From contig CDMY01000759.1 of the NCBI GenBank assembly GCA_001179505.1, forward strand, positions 62,001-126,000: a stretch of DNA of 64,000 nucleotides. Direction: 5' to 3'. The notes under the pieces were generated by a model, which was not told the origin of the DNA, ran no database searches, and saw only the letters and a program-made list of their open reading frames with translations. This document shows, piece by piece, positions 22,801-36,231 of this stretch (the stretch's first letter is position 1; every line of letters begins with the position of its first letter). The DNA is from Vitrella brassicaformis CCMP3155. Its lineage: Eukaryota > Protista > Chromerida. The position numbers and the translations under genes were made by a program.

Positions 22801-24786
22801 CCACCACACGGTACTTGCCCTCGTACGCCGCTGTGCTGGTGCTCGTATTGGTGATGGACCGCCTTGCCATGGCCTGCACACGTGGCGGAATGGGCGGCGA
22901 GGAGCCGTCGGAACACGACTGGCGCTCCTCCTGGCGGTCGATGTCGTGGCCGCTCCCCGTATTTTGGCGTTTCACCTCGCTGCCCCTCTTGCCGTGCTGC
23001 TCGCCTGTTGACGCCCCCTCGACCCCACTGCCGCCCCTTCTCAGCATCTGCTTGGCCTTGCCCCTCTCATACAGCTGCTGCCACCTCGCGAGAACACCGC
23101 CCCCACCCTCTCTCCCCAGTCGAGACGTCCGCCGTTTCCTCTTTCTGCTGGCGAAACGGTCCTCGCCGGTAGGGGGGTCGAACAAGAGAGCGCATACGTC
23201 GTCCGTGTCATACGACCGGACGACTCGCGTGCAGGAGATGGCCGTGGGGGCCGATGTGACCGTCACACGGGTGGGTGGGGCAGGGGCGGGGGCGGGGAGG
23301 AGGGGTGCGTGGCCGCCTGCTCTGTGTGGGTGTGGTGGTGCTGATGCCTGCCGTGGTCTGGCGTGGGTGTTGTGGTCGCTGGATGATGGCGATGGCGACT
23401 CGGGGGAGGGTGAAGAGCCGCTGGGCGTGTTGAGTGACGGGACGATGTGCGACGACGGGCTGGGCTTGCGATGAGGGGCCCCATGGGGAACAGTCGGCGA
23501 TGGTGTGGGCAGCGTCAACTCGAAGACTTCACACGGATACGCCAACGTCAGCTCCATCTCAACCTGGCAAACACACACACACAGAGATGTACCTAATGGA
23601 AGGGCAGGAAGGACCATTGGTCAATCAATCCCCTACCTTGTGGTGCGGCTCGTCGAAGCACGGGAAGAGGCGCCTGCAGAAGATGGGCTCCAGCGATGTG
23701 GCCACACCCCACACCGTCCGCCGCGAGTTGGATCTCCTGGCAGTCTGCTCCAGCACCGGGAGCCCCCACTCGTCAACAGACAGCGGCCCCATCCCCCAGG
23801 CCTCCAAGGCGGCATCGATGGACTCGACCAACGAGGGGCTGTCGCTGTTCATGGCTGCCGCAGGGAGGGGCTGGGTGGGGGCGGACTCGGCTGACGATGC
23901 TGCAGCAGGGGCGCTGGTGCTGGTGGTTGGGTGCGGCTCGAACGATGACAGATCAGCTCTGGACATAGCACACGGGACAGAAGGCGTTGACACACACACA
24001 CACACACACACACATGAATCTGGTGGTTGCTGTGTCCACACATACATGTGGTGGAATGAAAAGAGTCCCTTGTTGTTGCTGAGGTCCTCCGACAGATGCC
24101 CTACGGAATCATCCTCGCCGATGCCGTCAAAGCTCAGCCACAAACGATACCCGCCTGGCTGCCACACCGCAGCTGCACCAACACCCTCAGCAGCATCGCA
24201 CTCATTCTCCTGCTGCAGGTAAAAGTCGACAGGACACACACCACGCCTGTCTTGTCGTGCCGTGTTTGCAAGTGTGTGTGCGTGGTGCTCTCACGGTAGT
24301 GGGCATGACGGCGAGCACGTCCACATCTGTGCTGCTGTTCCGTCCCTCCAGGACGACGGGCTGCCATTCTGAGGCCGCTGTTGGCTGGCCAGCGTCCCGC
24401 GGCAGGATGGAGCCCCGCCGCACGTGGAGGAACTCACGGTGCGCATGGAGGAGAATCACAGGACCCACCTGATGCACACACAGACACAGAGAAGGGGAGA
24501 GAGAAATCTGTGCGTCTGTGTGTGTGTGTGTGTGTGTGTTGCACACCCGTGTACTTACCCTCAGCACAGTGATGTCTATGACGACTTCTCCTGCGAATCT
24601 GGGAGGCGGGCCGAGGTGCTCCAGCAACAACGTCACCTCATACCTGCAGCCACACAGACAAGACACATGCCATGCGTAGAGGATGCCGGCTGGCTGTGCC
24701 TTGGGCGTGTTTGTTGACCTGGTGGGCACCGCCTCGACGCCCCGTGCTGCCTCCTCTGGCGCATCTGTTCCGTTTGTGATGTGCAT
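19820..24786 (-). CDS. M1 family zinc aminopeptidase with long low-complexity insertions
   Basis: VPTR/YEVTL; ATSLEPIFCRRLFPCFDEPHHK; FEPTPRLPCYAYGFYIG; GIGLENFG (GAMEN variant); HEVSHMWFGDCLTPHTFDE/LFLKEG, which is HEXXH-X18-E; ITYGKAACIFR. Confidence 0.9.
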
Positions 24787-25122
24787 GAGAGGCGGCCGGT
24801 CAATGACGGATGGCAGCTGCCCTACACCAATGCAGCCGTCAACACTTCACAAGGATACAAAGATGCGTTCTGATAGGAAATCCGCTTCGGTTCGGGAGGT
24901 TGAAGTGTTTCACGGAGTCAGGTTTGTTGCATGAGTGTTGGTTGATTCATTCCACTCATGAGTCTAGAGTAGTCTAGAGCATGTCGATTGACGCAAACAC
25001 GCACAAGCATGCACACACACACACATGGATGGATGGATGGATGGATGGATGCGGCAGTCAGGTTGGTATGGATAGCTGGCTGAGCCCAGGCGACGGATCC
25101 ATCCACCGGCACGCAGGCACGG

Positions 25123-25383
25123 TCAGTCATTGAAGTGAGAAGCGACGCCTTTCCTTCCTCTGCAGCAGCAGCAGCAAGTGACACGCCCATCCCGACCGTA
25201 CATACGCACGCAGCCTCTTTCTGACTGTTGTCTGTCTGAGAGATCGGCAATTAAGGGACGTACCTGTCTGACCTGTGTTTCACTCATCCACCCATCCGCC
25301 CAGTCATCGTCCTTCCACAATGTCTGCTGCAGAGCGGCCATGACACGATCTGGTGTCATGGGTGGCTCTGCGGCTGACGCCAT
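25123..25383 (-). CDS. Possible short hypothetical protein or first exon
   Basis: MASAAEPPMTPDRVMAALQQTLWKDDDWADGWMSETQ reads as protein-like and is followed by a GT donor. Downstream structure is unresolved. Confidence 0.3.
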   Translation of the reverse strand: MASAAEPPMTPDRVMAALQQTLWKDDDWADGWMSETQVRQVRPLIADLSDRQQSERGCVRMYGRDGRVTCCCCCRGRKGVASHFND

Positions 25384-27008
25384 GCAAGGAGGCCAACTGG
25401 AGCAGAAAGGTCAAGCCCACAGCAGCAGCCATCAGTCATAGAAAGAAACTCAGTCAGTCAGTCAGTCAGTGTGGGACGGTCGATGGGTCAAGCATGAAGC
25501 GGACACTGAACCGCCGTGCGTGGTGTTCGTGAGGGACCCGTCGAAAAAGAGACGAACGCACAAAGGCTGTGGATCGGATCGGTAGACAGACAGACAGACA
25601 GATGTTCGGATGTACAAGTAGAAACAAGACATCCCCCCCTGGTCCTTCCAGTCAGCCAGACGACACGTAAAGGCGAAAAACACTCAATCGGTCTCCATCT
25701 GATCTGCTGCGCCAGCATCCGCAGTCGCCCCATCGGCACCGGTCAGCTGTGGTGGGCTGACAGGGCCAATGGGGCAGCGTCGAGAATGCCGTGCGCATGC
25801 AGACGCAGGGTGGAACCATCGATTCATGTTCCGCTCCATACACACATGGGTCACATGTACACACAACACGCAGTCAATCAGGCAGTCAGTCAGTCAGTCA
25901 GTCATTGTGTCGGGTCTGATCAAATGAGGATGCTGGGCTGGCTGGTTTCTCCTGGTCTGGTCTGGTTGGAGGCGGCTTGTGGCAGGATACGGTGGCTTAA
26001 AACGCCACTTGTTTCTCACACACTTGAGCCATCCAGGCACCCAGACAGGTATCGTATCGCACACAGCCGGGCAGACGAGAGGAGGAAGCATACATACAAT
26101 GGTGAGCAAAAAGAGAGCGAGGCGTGTAGCTGTGTTCTGGTTTTGTCCTCGGGCGAGTGCGTATCCATGCCATTCATCCCCTTGTGTAGTGTCCACCCTC
26201 ATCCGTCCATTCCATCAACCATCACTGCGGTGCGTACGCCCTACATCCGACGATCCGCTCTGTCTGGTCGTGAGCTACACCCTCGTCTACCTGTGTGCAC
26301 TGCACCGTGCCCTCTGGCTATCTCCTTGTGGCCGGGATCAAGCACCTCTCTGTCTGTCTGTCTGTCTGTCTGTCGGCGCAAACACAGCGAACAAACTACA
26401 TGTTCACCTGCCTACCCGCCACGCCCGCCCGCCCGCCCGCTTGGGAACACTCTCACACGCATTCATTCGTACAAAGGAGAGATGAAAAACGTGGGCAACA
26501 CAACACATACATCACACAGCTCATTCAAGAAGAAACAACACAGATAGGTCGAGGCAGGTAGACAGGCAATGAGGCGGGCGGTGAGCGACTGGTGTTGTGT
26601 TTGAAACAAATGGAGGCGAGCCGGTGGCAGCCAGATCCACACACCACACAGACACACGCACAGACAGCAAGTATATGTAAGTAGCAAGTGAGGCCGTCCA
26701 GTCAGTCTCCCGCCCCCATCGATTGTTCAAACGAGCTATGCAGCCTAGCCCTCAGCAGCCGCCATACCCCTCACCCACCACACCACCGCATGGGGCAGCC
26801 GTGGGCGGGGGGATGGCAGAGCTGGCCTCTGGCCACTTTCAGACGTCGTGATGACATGGGATGGAGGGCGGTCGACGGACGGCAGGCGGAGTAGAGAGGT
26901 AGGCAGCGATGGAATGAATGCACAGGCAGGCAGGACGGGTGGGGTGGGGTGGGGCGGGGGTGGGATGGGGTGGGATTGGGGTGGGATGGGGTGTTGCACC
27001 TACCACAC

Positions 27009-28520
27009 TCACTGCTCGCCCTCTGCACACACAGAAAGCAGAGAGGAAGCGATGATGTGTGCATACGTCAAGTGTGTGTCTGTGTGCAGTGCAGTGGCCT
27101 ACCCTCGTTGGGGGCCATGTCCGAGGTCCAGAGCGTGAGGTTGTCCCTCAGCAGCTGCATGATCAGCGTGCTGTCCTTGTACGAATCCTCGCTGACACAC
27201 ACACAAGACACCACACCACACCACACAAGAGTGAGAACGGCCTTGCTGAGAGCTAAGTGCGCGTCTTTTGTGTAGTGAGCTGCAGGTCCCTACTGGCGTA
27301 CCTGACGTTGTCGAGTTCGGCGATGGCGTCCTCGAATGCCTGGCGGGCCATCTTGCACGCCTCCTCGGGGTTGTTCAAAATCTCATAGTGGAACACTGAT
27401 GATGGATGGATGGCACATAACACACAGAGGGAAGGTCCACTCAAGGACACCTGTGTGTGTGTTGGTTACTTACCCGAGAAGTTGAGTGCGAGTCCGAGTC
27501 GGATAGGGTGTGTGGGGAAGAGTTCGGTGCTGGCGATGGTGGTGGCCTCCTTGTAGGCGTTGTGGGCCGCCTCGGCCGCAGTCTGCTTGGCCTGCTCGGT
27601 CGAGTACTCGCTGACGTAGCGGTGGTAGTCCCCCTTCATCTTGAAGTAAAACACCTTGCTCTCACCCTGCACAACAGGAGGATAGGACACACCACACACA
27701 CAACATCACGACCTCTCCTCCCTCCTTTTGTGTTTGTGGGTGCTACCGATTGCGAGGTCGGGATGAGGAACTCGTCTGCACCAACGCACACACATACGAT
27801 ACACAGGTGCACTCACAGGCGTGTGTGTTGTGTGTGTCTTGCGCGGACCGATGAGCTGGAGCACGGTGTTGCAGATGTTGTTGAGTTCCGTCTCGACCTT
27901 GGTGCGGTATGCCTCGCAGCGTGCCACGTTCTCGACGGCGCCCTTGCTCTTCTCCTTCTGCTCAACGCTGCTGATGATGCGCCAAGACGCACGACGGCTG
28001 CCCACCGCATTCTTGTACGCAACCGACTGCATCACCACACATACGTCACACACATCACACACGCACATGCGCATGGCGTGGCGTCCGTCTCTCATTTATT
28101 CTGTGCGGTGCGTGTGGTCATGTCCCATCCCCGACATCCCCACCCCGTTGACTGACCAGCAGGTTTCGCTCCTCGACGGAGAGTTCCTCCTTGGCGCCGG
28201 GGAGACTCTGAGCCACAATCTTCATGTAGTCCGCCATCTCTGAGGACCACCGCACCACACACACACACACGGGTGAGATGGCACGTCGCCTCCCTCCCTC
28301 CCTCCCTCCCTCCCTCCCTTCTCTCTCCCGGTTGCCTGCGTACCGTCATAGCGCTCAGCCTGCTCCGCCAGCTTGGCCATGTACACCTGCACACCACACA
28401 GAGGCAGCGATGACGTGGGATCGACTCGTCGCCACGGCGGTCTTTCGTGTGTTGGGCGTGGCATGTGTGTGTGGGTGGCTGTGTGCCGGGCCTTACATTC
28501 TTCTCGCGCTCTGTCGACAT
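27009..28520 (-). CDS. 14-3-3: 14-3-3 protein
   Basis: Spliced [107 protein letters not shown]. Confidence 0.98.
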
Positions 28521-28718
28521 GGTCCTGGAGGTGTCGAAGGACTAGAGGACGAGACGAAACGAGCGGGAGTTGAACGAACAAGGATGCTTGGCAAGTGGAT
28601 GTCACTCAGCTGCTGATATCCGCACAGACTTTTTACTTTCTGGCAGGAAAGCCTGCGCGCTTTTACTGTAAAACGGAACTTACCCCCTTGAACCCTACCT
28701 GGCCAACTCTCCGCAGCG

Positions 28719-31433
28719 ATGCAGCTCTCTTCTGGTGTGGTTGCACTCTGCCTTTTTGCGGTCTGCACCGGCGCCCTCGTCCGCAATGCAGCCACACCCG
28801 TCAGCAAAGTCGTCGAGATGCTGCAGGTGAGCAATGAAGCAGCACCGCTGCAGATAGATCTGGTGACCAGATCTGGCTGCCGGGTGGCTGATATATGTGT
28901 GTGCTGTCAGGAAATGCACTCACAAGGCACCGAGGAGAAGAAGACAGAGCAGATCTCCTTCGCAGCCTACAAACAATGGTGTGACGATACCTCCACCGAG
29001 AAGGACTCTGCCATCAAGGAAGCAAGGTGGGTACTGCACAGATCTGGCCGATCTTGCCCTCCCCCGCTGCACCCATCCATCCATCCATCCATCCATCCAT
29101 CCTGTCGCTTTTGCTGTGGGTCTGCAGTTCGTTAATGGAGCAGCTGGAGGCCAAGATAGGCAAGCTGGAGGCCGACGCAGAGGAGCTGGCCCGCGACATC
29201 CAGGGGCTCGACGCCGACATTGCCACCTGGGAGGCCGACCACAAGGATGCCACAGAGATCAGACAGCATGAAAACGTCGACTTGGTCGCCACACACAAAG
29301 GTACGTAAGGTGGGGATGGGCAAGGGGAGGGAGCAGGTGGGGTGGCGAAGGGCAGAGACACCAGATAGATCTACTGCGCACAACAAGCCATCCCTGGTGC
29401 GTCTGTCTGTCCGTGGCTGGCTTCAGACTACTCTGAATCCATCGATGCGTTGGAGCGTGCCATCCAGGTGCTGAAGAGCCAGGCCAAGCCGACGCCCCAA
29501 GCCGCGGCGGGGCTGTTGCAGATCGTCCTCAGGAAGACCACCATCCCCGACAATGCTCGACGCGTCATAACGGCCTTCCTCGCACAGGACCCCGACGCCA
29601 CCACTGGCCTCGATTTCGAGGCGCCCGAGGCCCATGCTTACGAGTTCCAGTCTGGCGGTATGGTGGACATGCTGGAGAAGCTCCTGGACAAGTTCATCGA
29701 GGAGCGGAACCAGCTGGAGAAGGAGGAGGGCAACGCCCGACACGCCTACGACATGCTGGCGGCAGACCTCAAGAACCAGGTGGCGCAGGCCACCAAGTCG
29801 CGGGACGACAAGGCCGCCATCAGGGGCAGAAAGCTGCAGCGCAGCGGGGACAAGAAAGGAGAGCTCGCGGATACGACAGCCATGCATGACGCGGACACCA
29901 AGTACCTCAGTGACCTGAAGGCCCAATGCGAGACCAAGAACCAGGAATTCGACTCAAGACAACAGGTCGGTGCACATGTGCAGAGGGAGACACGTGCACA
30001 GATGACCTCTGCCGTGGCGTGTGTGATGATGTGTGTGTGCAGCTGCGAACAGAGGAGTTGGAGGCCATCGAGCAGGCCATCGACATACTCCAGAATCACG
30101 TGACGAGCCGTGCGCAGAAGTACCTCCCCACCCTCCTGCAGGGCAAGACAGCCAAGGCGGTCAAGGGCACGTCTTTCATATAGGCATGCACCTCTATATA
30201 CGCACATACACCGACCCACACACCCCCCCCCCCCCCCCNNNNNNNNNNNNNNNNNNNNNNNNNNNNNNNNNNNNNNNNNNNNNNNNNNNNNNNNNNNNNN
30301 NNNNNNNNNNNNNNNNNNNNNNNNNNNNNNNNNNNNNNNNNNNNNNNNNNNNNNNNNNNNNNNNNNNNNNNNNNNNNNNNNNNNNNNNNNNNNNNNNNNN
30401 NNNNNNNNNNNNNNNNNNNNNNNNNNNNNNNNNNNNNNNNNNNNNNNNNNNNNNNNNNNNNNNNNNNNNNNNNNNNNNNNNNNNNNNNNNNNNNNNNNNN
30501 NNNNNNNNNNNNNNNNNNNNNNNNNNNNNNNNNNNNNNCCCCCCCCCCCCCCCCGATGCATTTCATGTGTGCAGGTGAGGTCTGTGAGCCAGCGGTCGAT
30601 CCAGCGGACGGTGGCGTCCTTCCTCAAAGACCGCGGGGAGCGGCTACACAGCCAGGTCCTCATCTCACTCGCCACCAAGGTCTCGGAAGATCCATTCGCA
30701 CAAGTCAAGAAAATGGTAAGTGTGGATGCATGGTTCTCTGGACGGCGTCGAGGAGACGGCTCTCATCCCTGTCCTTGTGGCGTGTGTTTGGGTGTGTTCA
30801 GATCCAGGATTTGGTTGTGCGTTTGATGGAGGAGGCCAACAGCGAGGCTGAGCACAAGGGCTGGTGCGAGACCGAACTCAAGACAAACGAACAAACACGA
30901 AAGACCAAGGCGTAAGCCGACAAAGGGACAACGCCCTCTGCCTGTCCTCAAAGACATTCCCCTGTGTCTCTGTCTGTCTGTCTGTCTGTCTGTTGGTGTG
31001 TGTGTAGGGCTGAGGTAGATTCGTTGACAGCTGAGGTTGACGAGCTCACTGCCAACATCAACAAGCTGGCCCAGGAGGTGTCCGACACCAACAAGGAGCT
31101 GTCTGAGCTCGAGCAGGCCATGGCCAAGGCAACCGACAACAGACAGAAGGAGAAGGCGCAAAACGAACAGACCATTGCTGGTATGAAAACAACGTAGGGG
31201 GGGCAGCTTACACACCACACGCCCCACACGCTGTCTCTGTGTGTGTCGTCCACCAGATGCGAAGGAGGCCCAGGCAGCAGTTGCCCAGGCTTTGACCATT
31301 CTCAAAGAGTTTTACTCAAAGTCTGGCGAGGTCCCCGCCCTCATCCAGACAAACCAGACACAGACACCCACGGAGGACTCGCCCGTCACATGGGTCAGTC
31401 AGCACATTACAGGCCATCTGCTCTATGTGTGCA

Positions 31434-31467
<34 letters not shown>

Positions 31468-32154
31468 TGTGCAGGACAAGCCGTACGGCGGTATGCAGGG
31501 CGTCAAGAAGGGTGTCGTAGGCATGCTCGAGGTCATACAATCCGACTTTGCACGGCTGGAGACGGAAACAAGCGCGGACGAGGCACAGGCCAAGAAGGAC
31601 TACAACACGGTGAAGGCGTGCATGAGACGAATACACAGCGATACCTACCGGCCCTTTGGATGTCCTCTGTGTGTGTGTCTGTGTCTGTGTAGATGATGAC
31701 TGAGTCTCAGGTGAACAAGGCCCAGATGGAGAAGGACATCGAATACAAAGCCGACAAGGTCACCGCCACACACAACACAAGGAACACCCATCACTCACCC
31801 CTGACCGTGTGTCCCCCGTGTACGTTTGCAGAAGAACACCCTGACTGGCGACAAGACAGAGAAGTGCAGGACAAAGAGGGTGCCCAGAAGGAGCTTGACG
31901 CATCGCTGCAGTACTACGAGAAGCTGAAACCTGCATGTGTCGATACCAGGTCAGGACGAGACACAGAGGCAGGCCACGATGGCCAGCAAAGATTCTGTGT
32001 GTGTCCTCTCTTTGTCAGTGTGAGCTATGAGGATCGCGTGGCGAGGCGCAAGGAGGAGATCGAGAGTCTGCAGGAGGCTTTGAAGATCCTCAACGGGGAG
32101 GACCTCGCTGCCACGGCACTCATCCAGCAACGATCCATTCGACGACACAACTAA
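28719..32154 (+). CDS. Secreted long coiled-coil protein with two similar halves (TPVSKVV..WC..; DPFAQVKKM..KGWCETEL..); spans the assembly gap
   Basis: Signal MQLSSGVVALCLFAVCTGA. Heptad-rich exons include DYSESIDALERAIQVLK, AYEFQSGGMVDMLEKL, YGGMQGVKKGVVGMLEVIQSDFARLETET and SYEDRVARRKEEIESLQEALKILNGED. Confidence 0.85.
30239..30538. other. Assembly gap (300 N) flanked on both sides by poly-C
   Basis: N run read directly, with C homopolymers at ~30223-30238 and ~30539-30554. It lies inside an intron of the coiled-coil gene. Confidence 0.99.
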
Positions 32155-32487
32155 TCTACACCCACATCCACACCCACACATACAAACACACATACCTGCC
32201 TGTCAGCCGGCATGGATGTGTGGTGGGAGGGTGTGAGGGGTCAGCCTCTCTCTTGCCTGTCTGCCTGACTTGTCTGCGGGGACCCTGTTTAGCTATCTGT
32301 CTCTGCCGCTTGAGTGATGGCTTGCCTGCCTGTCAGCCGGGCGAGACATGCCGTGGATGTGCGTGTTGGTGTGTGGACATTTAGGCATCCTTGTCTTTAA
32401 TCACGATCCATCGCAATGATTTCTTGATATGCCAAAACCACCCACGAATAAACGAACGAGTCCACACACTCAGTTCCTTTCTCACTC

Positions 32488-35400
32488 TCACTCCCCGTGT
32501 GTGAGGGCCATCCGTGCCTCCTCCTCGCTAAGACCCATGGCCATCAGCTGAGACAGGGGCGAACCCGACTCAACATGTGTCTCGTGGTCACCCCCGTCTG
32601 TGTGTCTGGGCCTGCCGTCGTTGATGGAGGGGTCGTTGGCCGGCTCATGCTGACTGCTGGTGGACGCTGCCATGGCCTGAGCGCGGATCTGGGCCAGGCT
32701 GTGCTTGGCCAACGCATACCTGCACAGACGTAGCACACACAGACACAGAGAGGGAGGCGAAATGATGGCTTTGTTGCGCTGTGTGTGTGTGTGTGTGTGT
32801 GTGCATACCACGGCTGCGATTTGAGTTTAGCAACCAGGTTTGGGTCGAAGTCCCTGACGACATGTGCCTTGCGGACGGACCGGTTGCCGACGATGTCACG
32901 GTACTGCTGCTCCAACCTGACGCATCCACAGCACCCACACACAGGAGGGAGACACATCCATCCATCCAGGCAATGAGACATACATAAATACTCGCGTGGA
33001 GCTGCTTACCTGCTCAGCTCATACAAGACCTGCAGGCGACGAATCTGACCACACACACACAGCACAGCACAGCACAGCACGTGGCCGACGTCGCGAGTGT
33101 CTCCAGCTGTCATGAACGGCCTGCCCGTACCGTACCTGTCTGCGTTGTTTCTGTAGATGTCTTTTCTCCTTGTAGAATGTGAGCACCTTGTCCCGCAGCT
33201 GCATGTCGTTGTAATCGCGAATGTCCTTCTCGGCCTCCTGACCCACACATTACACCAGTCAGCACAAGGAACAGTGGATGGATGAGACACAGAGGATGTG
33301 TTTCCTGCCCTGAGGTGCCCCCACTGGCGCACCTTCCTGGCCCGCTCCTCGTCGATGCCTGGGTTGAACTCAATGTAGGCCTGGTGGGGGAAAGGGACAC
33401 GTTCACACACACATATAGATATACTTTCCAACCGGAAGAGTGGTACCCACCCACCCCTCCGACCCACCTCGGTCCGCTCCTCCAGCACCCGCTTGCCCTC
33501 GTCACTGACCAACACACGCAGTCGTGCATCGTGTGGCTGTCGCTGCATGTATCGGCCAAGGCTGCCTACCTGTCGAGGAATCGGTTGACGTACTGCCGGT
33601 TGGCCTCCAGGCTGCGCTGCATCTCACGCTCACACTCCTCCTGCAGGATGCACCATGGCACACAGGCAGTCGGTGGATGTGTGTGTGTGGTGCTTGTTCT
33701 CTATGTGACCTTGATCTGTTGGTCCACGTCTTGCTCCTCCTTGTCGAGTCGCCTCATCTGCTCCAGGTGGCCGCGCTGAGTGCCATTGAGCTTACTGGCC
33801 AGCCGACGCAAACGGACCCTGATAAGACAATACAATGGAGAAATGCGTCGTTCGGACAGACGGCTTGTCTTTACTCGACAACTTCCTCGGCCTTCTGCGC
33901 AGGTGACTTTGCGATCAGCCTGCGTGGACCCCACCCAACTTGTGTGTGCTGCCCATCCTGTTGGTTGTCTGCTTTGTGCGCGCAGGTGGCTATGCTGGCT
34001 GACCTGGGCTGGAAAGTGCAGCCCTCCAACTCCTGCTGGGCACGCCTACACCAAGACACGTACGACACACGTGTGAAAAGCCTGGCTGGCCGTCACAGCC
34101 TTCTTCCTTCTCTCACATTTGGTCCAGTTCCTCCTTTTGGGCTCTGCGCTCGATCTCCTTGGCGGCCTGCATCTCCAGCGACTCACGGTAACGACGCTCG
34201 AAATCAGTGCGAGACAACGACCTGCAGACACGGTTAGGGAGCGGCAGAGAGAGTGAGACATCGTCGGCCGCGGCCACGTGAATGTATGTGTGTATACTTA
34301 TACATCTACTTGTCTGGCAGCACTCTCGGCTGTGCATTCTCCCTGTCGAGGATCTCCTGCTGCTCCGCTATGCGCTGACGACGCAACTGACTGCAGCCAT
34401 TGATGATATGCACCAAACGTCACAGGAGAGAGACACCACAAATGGACCGGGAGACTAGCAATCATTGGCTCACTCACCGGTATTTGTAATCATCGTAGAG
34501 GGCATCGAAACGGGCCTGTCAAGGCATACATACCAAGATACACACACACATATACTCTCCAAGGATTGTCTTTTTCCCCTGTCTGTCGCAGCACCAACAT
34601 CCGCACCTGTATGTCTTTCTCTCTCTGGCACAGCGGACATCCGTCTCCCCCCTTCCCATGCTCCCCGTTCTTCAATCCATCCACCGCCTTGCCCTCCCCA
34701 CTCGCACTTGGCCGTCGGCACGATACATCCCGTCGGCCGCTGTGGGTGGCCCGGCGGCTTGTCGGCCGGGGCGGGCGGGAGCCACTCTCAACACGACCTC
34801 TCGTCACACTACGAGACGGGACACCGGGACTGACGTACACAAAAGACACACAGACACAAACAGGCCAATGAGTGTGGGAAGGCTTTGGAATATGCACAGA
34901 GGATGGTTTGCTTACTGTGTGTTGCGCCTGGTGCCGGTGTAGCCCGAGCGGTTGACGGTGCTCTTGGATGCCTGTGCTGGAGCTGGAGCCTCATGCACCG
35001 GGCGCCACACGGCCATCAGCTTGGCCTGCAGCCAGAGACACAATTGCCAACACAACAGTCATGCAGTTACCACATGCAGTTGGGTCCATGCACGCAGCCA
35101 CGTTCCCTTACGCCTTTGCGGACGAGTGCCGGTTCGAGCCTTGGGTGGTCCATCGCGGCGGCTGCCGCACGAATGCGCTCATCTGCATGAGACGTAGGGG
35201 TGATGTGACACACAAGACGTTCCTCAGGGGAATCCTTCTCTCGTCTTCTCCTGCACATCGTGTCGTACCAGTCTTCATCTTGTGCTGGTAGGGGTCGGCA
35301 AAGCACGGTGTTCCCACTCCTCCCGGCACCAGATTCCCTCTCTGCTGCTGGTAAGACGGCCCGCTGACGGGCTGCTGTTGTTGACTACCGGCAGTCGCGT

Positions 35401-35632
35401 GGGGGGGCCCATAGAAGCCAGGGGCATTCACATAAGCCGCATTACCATAACCAAACCCACCCTGCAGCCCTGCCAAGGCAGCAGCAGCAGCGGGGTAGCC
35501 GTAGGGCGTCACATTCATCGCCGCCGTCTGGCGAGAGGCAGGTTGGGCAACAGCGTGTACGGGGCTGACGGCCGCTTGATAGGGGTGGCCTCGGGCAGAG
35601 GTGAGGTACGTGATGGGGATCTGGTAGGCCAT
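32488..35632 (-). CDS. Hypothetical multi-exon coiled-coil protein with a CTFQP motif and C-terminal UBA-like segment
   Basis: N-terminal Y/G/A/Q-rich exon 35108..35632, then charged helical exons (RAQKEELDQM, QQELEGCTFQP, HLEQMRRLDKEEQD). Last exon ends LSQLMAMGLSEEEARMALTHGE*. This could be two genes. Confidence 0.55.
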
Positions 35633-36231
35633 CTCTTCAGCAGCAGGCCGTCAGAGAGAGAACAAAGCGACACGGTGACCCGCTGCCTTTCGTCCGTCAG
35701 GGACGTGTCCCGAGACGCACCACTGATGACGGCGATGGGGAAGACGTTCTGGACTTCACCTCGGCTGCACTCTTGCGATTTCAGTGCACAGGGCTTTAAC
35801 AGGCCCCCAGCCCCTGCATGCAGACGCGTCGGGGCAACGTCGGGGCGAGGTGGAGAGGATGCGGAGCGAAGCATTTGGTGCTGCATTTCTGTCCGTGACG
35901 TCGTAGCTGAGCGAGATGATGGCTCTGGAGTGTACCAGATGCCATCCATTTCAATGAAGTGAATCTCAACCTGGCTGTCGGACCCCTTTCCTATTGCACA
36001 TCGCCGCAGCATCTTGAAGTGCGGCGTGTTGTGCTACTTGCCACAACAGGCCGAACCTCAAGATCCACCTCAAGATTGCTGCCGTCTCAAGACACTCATC
36101 GGAGGTGAGAGGGCAGCGAGAGAGGCAGATGAAGCATCGAACTGCTGCAAACCGATCCCTTTCCGTGTGTCTGTTGTGTGGCTGCAGATCTCTCACACCC
36201 CGCTCTTCGCTGAGGCCTCAAGACACTCACG

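Noticed and set aside
29746-30826. Long ORFs with poly-X and poly-P/G
   Set aside because: Artefacts of the N gap and the flanking poly-C.
35515-36012. 165-aa minus-strand ORF upstream of the 35632 start
   Set aside because: No recognisable motif; likely 5' leader or promoter between divergent genes, although an extra N-terminal exon is not excluded.
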